A stretch of DNA of 51,620 bases, taken from IMG/VR virus record IMGVR_UViG_3300005077_000033, positions 1 through 51,620 of that record. The stretch is one strand, 5' to 3'. A program made the position numbers and the translations under genes. The notes beneath the pieces were generated by a model. The model was not told the origin of the DNA. It saw nothing but the letters and a program-made list of their open reading frames with translations, and did not search any database. The first letter of the stretch is position 1. Every line of letters begins with the position of its first letter. Origin of the DNA: a virus. Its lineage: Duplodnaviria > Caudoviricetes. This document shows, in pieces, positions 1-5,571 of this stretch.

Positions 1-69
1 GATGTCAGGTAATTGTCAGGTTGTTGTCCGCCCCGCTTCAGACAATACCCATGTTTGATTGTACAGTCT

Positions 70-84
70 AAGTAACCATTACTT
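70..84. promoter_or_regulatory. Palindromic site AAGTAA-CCA-TTACTT (copy 1)
   Basis: Perfect 6-3-6 inverted repeat abutting the RBS of the first gene; recurs across the genome. Confidence 0.7.
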
Positions 85-95
85 AGGAGATAACC

Positions 96-776
96 ATGAT
101 AGAAATAAAGGAAACGAAGGGAGATAATACAATGTACACTACACCCAAACCGAAAATTAAGATTGATTATACAGGGTATACAGTTAAGGCAGAGTTTGAT
201 GAATATGACAACGAATCGCCGCGAGACTGGGACAATCTCGGGACCATGGTGTGCTGGCACCGACGATATAACGTCGGAGATGAACACAGATTCGACAATC
301 CGGCTGACCTGTTCTTTTACCTTATCGCTGACCGGGACTGGAACGCGAAAGTACAGGACCTGTACGATTATTGGTGGCGTGAGGACTATACCCCCGACGA
401 AGTGGAATACCTCCGTCATCAGGCGGAAAAATCTCATGTAATTCTGAACGTGTACGGGTATGATCATGATGATTTAGTCCTTTCATCTTCCCCGTTTAGC
501 TGCCCTTGGGATAGTGGGATGCTGGGGTATAACTTTGTCTCGCTGGAAAAAGTCCGCCGTGACTTTGGATGGAAACGGATCACAAAAAAGAGAAGGGATA
601 CTGTTATCGCTGCCCTTACCGCTGAGGTTGACATTCTTAACAGCTATCCCCTTATCGTTACCCTGACTGATCCAGAAGGAAACGAACAGGACTCCTATGG
701 TGGATACCGGAGTACCAACCCTGAGCGGGACCTGATGGCTGAATATCCCGGAGCTGAGCTGACGTTCGACTATTGA
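96..776 (+). CDS. Conserved phage/mobile-element hypothetical protein (early gene)
   Basis: 226-aa ORF with AGGAGA RBS; alternative ATG at 132 with its own RBS; ESPRDWDNLGTMVCWHRRY motif resembles uncharacterised phage proteins. Confidence 0.75.
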   Translation: MIEIKETKGDNTMYTTPKPKIKIDYTGYTVKAEFDEYDNESPRDWDNLGTMVCWHRRYNVGDEHRFDNPADLFFYLIADRDWNAKVQDLYDYWWREDYTPDEVEYLRHQAEKSHVILNVYGYDHDDLVLSSSPFSCPWDSGMLGYNFVSLEKVRRDFGWKRITKKRRDTVIAALTAEVDILNSYPLIVTLTDPEGNEQDSYGGYRSTNPERDLMAEYPGAELTFDY

Positions 777-779
777 GAG

Positions 780-806
780 AGAGGGGGGGGGATTACTCCC
801 CCCTCT
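780..806. other. G/C-run intergenic hairpin
   Basis: AGAGGGGGGGGGA-TTAC-TCCCCCCTCT; no U-tract; near-identical hairpin at 30577-30600. Confidence 0.5.
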
Positions 807-829
807 ACCCACACAAAAAGGAGATAATC

Positions 830-1075
830 ATGTACGGATATATTTACAATGGGGAAGTCATAACAGAAGACAAAGAAACCCTGAAGCTGGAGACCGTCAT
901 GGTGTACAATGTACACGCGCTGAGTTATATGGACGCGATCCTGTGTGCTATCGATCGTTTCTCTGAAGACATGGGACGGCGCTACTCACTGAAGGACATT
1001 AAGACAATCCGGCGCGACCCCCTCACCTATACCATTTCAGATAACGTGATTAAAAAACTGAAAGGACAATCATAA
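830..1075 (+). CDS. Hypothetical protein
   Basis: AAGGAG RBS before ATG 830; 81 aa. Confidence 0.7.
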   Translation: MYGYIYNGEVITEDKETLKLETVMVYNVHALSYMDAILCAIDRFSEDMGRRYSLKDIKTIRRDPLTYTISDNVIKKLKGQS

Positions 1076-1076
1076 G

Positions 1077-1398
1077 ATGAAGACCATACAACTGAGCAAG
1101 GACTATATCGAAAGACTCAAATGGGTTCAGTCCGCCGCGTCGAAAGACAAAAAGAAACCACTATTTCAATTTGTTTGCGTAACAAACAACACGAACAAAC
1201 AGCATCATGAGGTAGTTGCAACGGACGGCGCAACTATACACTATGCGGGCATGGGTCCAGCGCGCCGCTTCCCTGCCGTGCCAGTCATACCGCCTGACAA
1301 TCAAACAACACAATCACCCTGTGCTGCTGGAAGGTGTAGACCTTTCCCTTCCACTGTTCGCAGTGTTCATGCCCGCTTGGGATAAACCTCATGACTAA
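1077..1398 (+). pseudogene. Sliding-clamp (DnaN)-like gene split across two frames
   Basis: N-part has ASKD..KP.F..V...ATDG; a second frame ends PVLLEG...FAVFMP and overlaps the next start codon; frame switch near 1245-1255. Confidence 0.5.
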
Positions 1399-1639
1399 AC
1401 TAACAACAAAACAAAAGGAATGTTTGCTTGCTATTCGTGACCACTGGATAAGGTACGGTGTACCGCCGTCCCTTGGAGACCTGACCGACAACCTCCAGAA
1501 GTCAAAGACCGCCGTGTATTCCCTTGTTAAGAGTCTGGAAAAGAAAGGATGGATTAAATCAGACAAAGGCATCAAAGTAACAGGCATGAGGATTCTACTT
1601 CCCCCGTTCACAGGGGGGACAACGGAGAAGGAGGAATGA
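1391..1639 (+). CDS. LexA-type winged-helix DNA-binding protein without peptidase domain
   Basis: LTTKQKECLLAIRDHWIRYGVPPSLGDL...SKTAVYSLVKSLEKKGWI matches the LexA N-terminal domain; only 82 aa. Confidence 0.8.
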   Translation: MTKLTTKQKECLLAIRDHWIRYGVPPSLGDLTDNLQKSKTAVYSLVKSLEKKGWIKSDKGIKVTGMRILLPPFTGGTTEKEE

Positions 1640-1836
1640 TTACAGGAAGGAGTGACGACTTTGTATACATGGTAGTAGAGGACAAGGTGTTCGGATTATT
1701 GCGAACAGAAGACGACGTAGGGCTAGTAGTTGGACGTTATAACAAGGGTACCGCCGTCAGTGAGGAAGAAGCTGAACAGTATTTTCTTATCCACCTCAAC
1801 ACACTGAAAAAGGAGAAAGACAATGAAAAAGAATGA
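1636..1836 (+). CDS. Hypothetical protein
   Basis: GGAGG RBS, ATGA overlap with the upstream gene. Confidence 0.65.
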   Translation: MITGRSDDFVYMVVEDKVFGLLRTEDDVGLVVGRYNKGTAVSEEEAEQYFLIHLNTLKKEKDNEKE

Positions 1837-2026
1837 CAAGGTTATGATCCGCAACACCCGTACCATACCGCCCGAATATCTGGACTCGGCGGAACTTGAC
1901 AAGCCTTATACCGTGAAGCAACAACCCTCCCTTTTCCCCGACCTGCTGGTGGTAACGAACAATAGATTTGACTGGGTTGTGTACGTCGAGGACATTGAAC
2001 TGCTGGAGGGTACCGATGGAAAGTGA
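1823..2026 (+). CDS. Hypothetical protein
   Basis: AAGGAG RBS, overlapping operon arrangement. Confidence 0.65.
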   Translation: MKKNDKVMIRNTRTIPPEYLDSAELDKPYTVKQQPSLFPDLLVVTNNRFDWVVYVEDIELLEGTDGK

Positions 2027-2216
2027 GGACAAGGTTCTGGTGCTGGTGTTCTTCTGTATGACCGTAATCGTACTTGCTGCCGGACTTCTCTTTATGTCCG
2101 CTCCGCCGCCTGCTTGGGATTGTGTAATGAAAGACAACAACGCTGCACAATACTGTGAGGTAGGGGACGCGTGGGTAATATTCTACGGGGAGGACTGGCA
2201 AGCAGGCAACAAGTAA
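2016..2216 (+). CDS. Small membrane protein
   Basis: GGAGG RBS; hydrophobic stretch VLVLVFFCMTVIVLAAGLLFM. Confidence 0.65.
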   Translation: MESEDKVLVLVFFCMTVIVLAAGLLFMSAPPPAWDCVMKDNNAAQYCEVGDAWVIFYGEDWQAGNK

Positions 2217-2225
2217 CGGTTACTT
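2211..2225. promoter_or_regulatory. Palindromic site AAGTAA-CGG-TTACTT (copy 2)
   Basis: Overlaps the stop codon of the last gene of the first operon. Confidence 0.7.
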
Positions 2226-2279
2226 AAACAATGCAGTCCCGCTTGGTGGGGGACCAAGCAGGACTGCTGAAAGGAGATA
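2226..2279 (-). ncRNA. Candidate ~50-nt sRNA with an anti-Shine-Dalgarno 5' end
   Basis: Minus-strand promoter TTGCAC-16-TATAAT with extended TG (2312-2285); 5' AUCUCCUUUC; 14-bp hairpin at 2233-2267 followed by AUUGUUU. Confidence 0.45.
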
Positions 2280-2299
2280 TAAACATTATACCATATATA

Positions 2300-2490
2300 G
2301 ACAAGAGTGCAACCCTTGCCGCGGTTGCACTCTTTGCGTCACCCTCATACTCCCGTGTATGTCGGCTACCACTTGGGCTACCCCGGCGGGTACTTTCGGA
2401 AGGACCGCTTACGTCAAGCCATCAACTCCCTAAGAGCGCATACCCCGTCAGGTATGCGGAGGGCACGGGCAACGCCAAACCATACCGTCC
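2300..2490 (-). ncRNA. Candidate ~190-nt structured RNA
   Basis: Minus-strand promoter TTGCTC-17-TATAAT (2524-2496); closing stem 2467-2475 with 2336-2344; internal hairpin near 2438-2458; ends in the 2303-2334 hairpin; no credible ORF. Confidence 0.4.
2303..2334. terminator. 12-bp perfect hairpin, probable terminator
   Basis: AAGAGTGCAACC-N8-GGTTGCACTCTT. Confidence 0.6.
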
Positions 2491-2503
2491 TACCTATTAT
2501 ACA

Positions 2504-2695
2504 TTATCTGACAAGGCGGAGCAACTGCTTCTTGTACTTGGCTGGATGATTGTGTATATCATCATGACAAATCTCACAAACACAAATAGTATCTTCATCG
2601 GTACCGCCATGTGAACGGTACAATACATGATGCCGGTGAACCGAAAGTCTTTTATGACAAACCTGACACCACTTTACCATTGGCTTATCCATCAT
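2504..2695 (-). CDS. Small HNH endonuclease
   Basis: CQVC...HHVLYRSHGG...CEICHDDIH; AGGAG RBS before ATG 2695. Confidence 0.8.
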   Translation of the reverse strand: MMDKPMVKWCQVCHKRLSVHRHHVLYRSHGGTDEDTICVCEICHDDIHNHPAKYKKQLLRLVR

Positions 2696-2933
2696 GAGAC
2701 TCCTGTATATATTATGTAAAGTCACGGAACCTTTAATCAAGACTTCCAAGAGAATGAAAATCTTTACAATAAATTATTTTATCCTTCCAAACCTAATTCA
2801 GATTCGTTTTACATAATTGATATATTAATTAATATATAACTAATGTCTTGCCTTGTGCGGTCAAACCTATTTTAATACCACCTAGGCATAGCTTGTCAAG
2901 GGTATTCGTAAAATTGATTCGTGTATTATGTGC

Positions 2934-2961
2934 TTGACATTTACAAACTTTGTGCTATATT
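2934..2961 (+). promoter_or_regulatory. Sigma70-type promoter for the ncRNA-Ro60 unit
   Basis: TTGACA (2934-2939), 16-bp spacer, TG-C-TATATT (2953-2961); predicted start near 2968 coincides with the base of the first RNA stem. Confidence 0.75.
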
Positions 2962-2967
2962 TCATAT

Positions 2968-3020
2968 GCTCGACGTGATCGGTAGGTGTGCGGGACAAGG
3001 AACTGCACCCACGTCGGCGC
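2968..3020 (+). ncRNA. Stem-loop RNA, first element of the Ro60 leader
   Basis: UCGACGUG (2970-2977) pairs with CACGUCGG (3010-3017); inner GUGCGG/CUGCAC stem. Confidence 0.5.
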
Positions 3021-3082
3021 AGCAGGTACGAAGATAATGGTTACCCTGTGGAGAGAATTCCGTTATCAATCCTTGACCTGCT
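3021..3082 (+). ncRNA. Y RNA-like (Ro-binding stem-bulge) RNA
   Basis: AGCAGGU-A-CGA / UUG-ACCUGCU bulged helix (compare Y RNA GGUCCGA/UUGAC); upper stem GAUAAUGG/CCGUUAUC; lies just upstream of Ro60. Confidence 0.8.
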
Positions 3083-3088
3083 TGTCTT

Positions 3089-3213
3089 GGGGATCGTAGC
3101 TCAACGGGAGAGCGCGTATACCCCTCCCGGAACTTGACCGGATTATCGGGACGGACGGTGAGGGTTACCTTTGATAAAGGCGAGTTGCAGGTTCAAATCC
3201 TGCCGATCCCCCC
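3089..3213 (+). ncRNA. tRNA-like RNA with an expanded Y-RNA-like anticodon arm (YrlA-related)
   Basis: Acceptor GGGAUCG/CGAUCCC, U8A9, D arm GCUC-AACGGGA-GAGC, T arm GCAGG-UUCAAAU-CCUGC; about 65-nt insert instead of an anticodon loop; no encoded CCA. Confidence 0.8.
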
Positions 3214-3236
3214 TCAAATCTCGAAAGGAGATACTC

Positions 3237-4811
3237 ATGTACACAAAACATTTCAATACCCGCAAAACCCCTCAGTCTGAGTCCATTCCCGGAAAAGAAA
3301 TGGTGGAGAACTCAGCCGGAGGATACGTTTTTCAGTTGGATAAGTGGAAGAAGCTGGAACGTTTCCTGATCTTAGGTTCGGAGGGCGGGACTTACTATTC
3401 ATCGGAAGGAACGCTCACTATCCTTAACGCGAATAACATTATTGACTGCGCCAAAGAGGACCCCGTTCGTTCCGTGGGGATGATTACTCGAATCTCCATG
3501 AGCGGAAGAGCACCCAAGAATGACCCCGCCCTGTTTGCCTTGGCGGTGGTCGCTTCCTTTTCCTCCAGCGAGGGGCGTACCCTTGCCTTGCAAGAACTCA
3601 GCTCAGTGGCACGCACCGGTACCCACCTGCTACACTTTGCTCGGTATATTGACGACCTCCGGGGATGGGGGCGGGCTGTCCGCAGGGGGATTAGTCGCTG
3701 GTATTCCAATAAGTATGACGAAGGGAAGCTGGTCTACACTATGCTGAAGTATCAGTCAAGGGACGGGTGGAGTCAGAAGGATGTACTGTCTCTTGCTCAC
3801 CCCCGTCCTGTGTCGGAGGAAATGAACTCCCTCTTTCGGTGGCTGATGGGTAAGGAAGTAAAGCCGTGCAGTTTGCCTCTCTTGGTGCAGGCGTATGAAC
3901 AGGCAAAGACGGCAGACAAGGAACAGTTGTTGTCTTTGATTGAGGGGTATGGGCTTACAAGGGAAATGATACCCACTAAATGGCTCAGTGATCCTGATGT
4001 ACTGGGGTATTTGTTTAGGGAAATGCCCGTGACTGCAACTCTCAGGAACCTTGCCAACCTTTCAAGGGCAGGGTTGTTAGTCGAGGGGCAGTGGGATATG
4101 CTGGACACACTGAAGGAACGGTTCAGCCGGGACTCTCTGCACAAGGCGAGGGTACACCCTATCCATGTACTCGCCGCCCTGCACACATACAGCAGGGGCA
4201 TCGGATTCCGTAGCGCAAATACTTGGAAACCGTGGCGGAAGGTTATCGACCTTCTGGACACTGCGTTCTATGATTCTTTTTCTGCCACACAGACGACGGG
4301 ACAAAGGGTATTGATTGGTCTGGATGTATCCGGTTCAATGAGGAGCATTACTCCATATGCCGGGCTATCTGCCGCTGCTGTATCCGGTGCTATGTCCTTG
4401 GTCACGGAACGAACGGAACCAAAGACTACCATGTTCGCTTTCTCCGATCACTTTGTTCCCATTACCGCAGGAGAAACGTCGCTTGATGAATGGATGCGGT
4501 ACCTTAGACAAATGAGTTTCGGGGGGACAGACTGTGCCCTGCCTATGCTGTATGCGCTGAAGAATAAAATTCCTGTTGACGTGTTTCAGGTGTGGACCGA
4601 CAATGAGACGTGGTACGGGGAAATGCACCCGGCGCAGGCACTACGCATGTACAGGGACGTGATGGGTATTGATGCTAAGTTGATCGTAGCTGGAGTAACA
4701 GCAGTAAACTTTACTATTGCTGATCCTTCCGACGGGGGGATGATGGATGTGGTTGGTTTTGACTCCAACGTTCCATCTCTCATGCAGGATTTTATGGTGA
4801 ATAGGATATGA
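3237..4811 (+). CDS. rsr: Ro60/Rsr TROVE-domain RNA-binding protein with vWA domain
   Basis: ENSAGGYVF, LERFLILGSEGGTYY, RTGTHLLHF, GWGRAVRR, KYQSRDGWS, vWA MIDAS DVSGSM, GGTDCALPM, TDNETW, MDVVGFD; AAGGAG RBS before ATG 3237. Confidence 0.95.
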   Translation: MYTKHFNTRKTPQSESIPGKEMVENSAGGYVFQLDKWKKLERFLILGSEGGTYYSSEGTLTILNANNIIDCAKEDPVRSVGMITRISMSGRAPKNDPALFALAVVASFSSSEGRTLALQELSSVARTGTHLLHFARYIDDLRGWGRAVRRGISRWYSNKYDEGKLVYTMLKYQSRDGWSQKDVLSLAHPRPVSEEMNSLFRWLMGKEVKPCSLPLLVQAYEQAKTADKEQLLSLIEGYGLTREMIPTKWLSDPDVLGYLFREMPVTATLRNLANLSRAGLLVEGQWDMLDTLKERFSRDSLHKARVHPIHVLAALHTYSRGIGFRSANTWKPWRKVIDLLDTAFYDSFSATQTTGQRVLIGLDVSGSMRSITPYAGLSAAAVSGAMSLVTERTEPKTTMFAFSDHFVPITAGETSLDEWMRYLRQMSFGGTDCALPMLYALKNKIPVDVFQVWTDNETWYGEMHPAQALRMYRDVMGIDAKLIVAGVTAVNFTIADPSDGGMMDVVGFDSNVPSLMQDFMVNRI

Positions 4812-5548
4812 AACTTCAGACATTCGGAACGCCGAACCATTGGCTGTATGGGTCAGAGTCTGGTGCCTGTTTCATACTGGGTAATGGTCCTTCCTTGCTG
4901 GATATTCCGTTCGAGTTGATAAACATGTATCCCTCGTTCGGGTGCAACGACATCTTCCTGTATGAAGTGGTAACCGGACACCCTTTGAGACTTAAAGGGT
5001 ACAGCAACATGGGCAACACCCACTTCCTTGACCGGAAGCACCTCAGGGAATTGGAACATGCTGGTCTTATGTCTGAGTATTGCTTTATTAATCGGGAAGT
5101 CCTGACGGAGTACCCCGAACTGTATGACCTTATCAAGTCCAAAGTATTCTCCATCATTGGGAGTCCTTACAGAGAAACAGGAAAGCACGGCACCCTCTTT
5201 TCGCGTGCTTACTTTTCTCTTGGTCCGCTGGAGTACGTGGGGGTAGGGTATACCCAGACTTATGTAAACCTGCAACTCGCCTATGCCATGGGATATGAGA
5301 CTGTGTACCTTGCAGGGATTGACCACGATTACGGCACGGCAGATAGGCACTTCTATCCTGAGTCTTATTCCTCCAAAGACGTAGAGGACCGTGACTTGAT
5401 GGATGCTCTTTCCTTTCGGAGGGGTGCCGATGCTGTATATGACTTGTCTCGACGGGTCTATGAAGCGGACGGCAGGAAGATTTATAACCTGACGACTGGA
5501 GATACTACGAAGGTATTTGACAAACTCGATTACCGTGATATACTGTAG
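4808..5548 (+). CDS. DUF115/Maf/sialyltransferase-like glycosyltransferase-fold protein
   Basis: CFILGNGPSL...LAYAMGYETVYLAGIDHDY...HFY motifs. Confidence 0.7.
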   Translation: MKLQTFGTPNHWLYGSESGACFILGNGPSLLDIPFELINMYPSFGCNDIFLYEVVTGHPLRLKGYSNMGNTHFLDRKHLRELEHAGLMSEYCFINREVLTEYPELYDLIKSKVFSIIGSPYRETGKHGTLFSRAYFSLGPLEYVGVGYTQTYVNLQLAYAMGYETVYLAGIDHDYGTADRHFYPESYSSKDVEDRDLMDALSFRRGADAVYDLSRRVYEADGRKIYNLTTGDTTKVFDKLDYRDIL

Positions 5549-5571
5549 TCATTCCATAAGAAAGGTTTGCC

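Noticed and set aside
2231-2614. ORFs 2231-2614 and 2307-2549
   Set aside because: No RBS at the listed starts, no recognisable motifs, run through strong hairpins and overlap the HNH gene antisense
3089-3213. Ordinary decoding tRNA, tRNA with a group I intron, or tmRNA
   Set aside because: No 5-bp stem/7-nt anticodon loop; the ~65-nt insert is too short for a group I intron or tmRNA; an RtcB-ligated short intron is not fully excluded, but I see no clear bulge-helix-bulge
3171-3236. ORF-track N-terminal extension of Ro60 from TTG 3171
   Set aside because: It runs through the T arm of the tRNA-like RNA; ATG 3237 has a strong AAGGAG RBS
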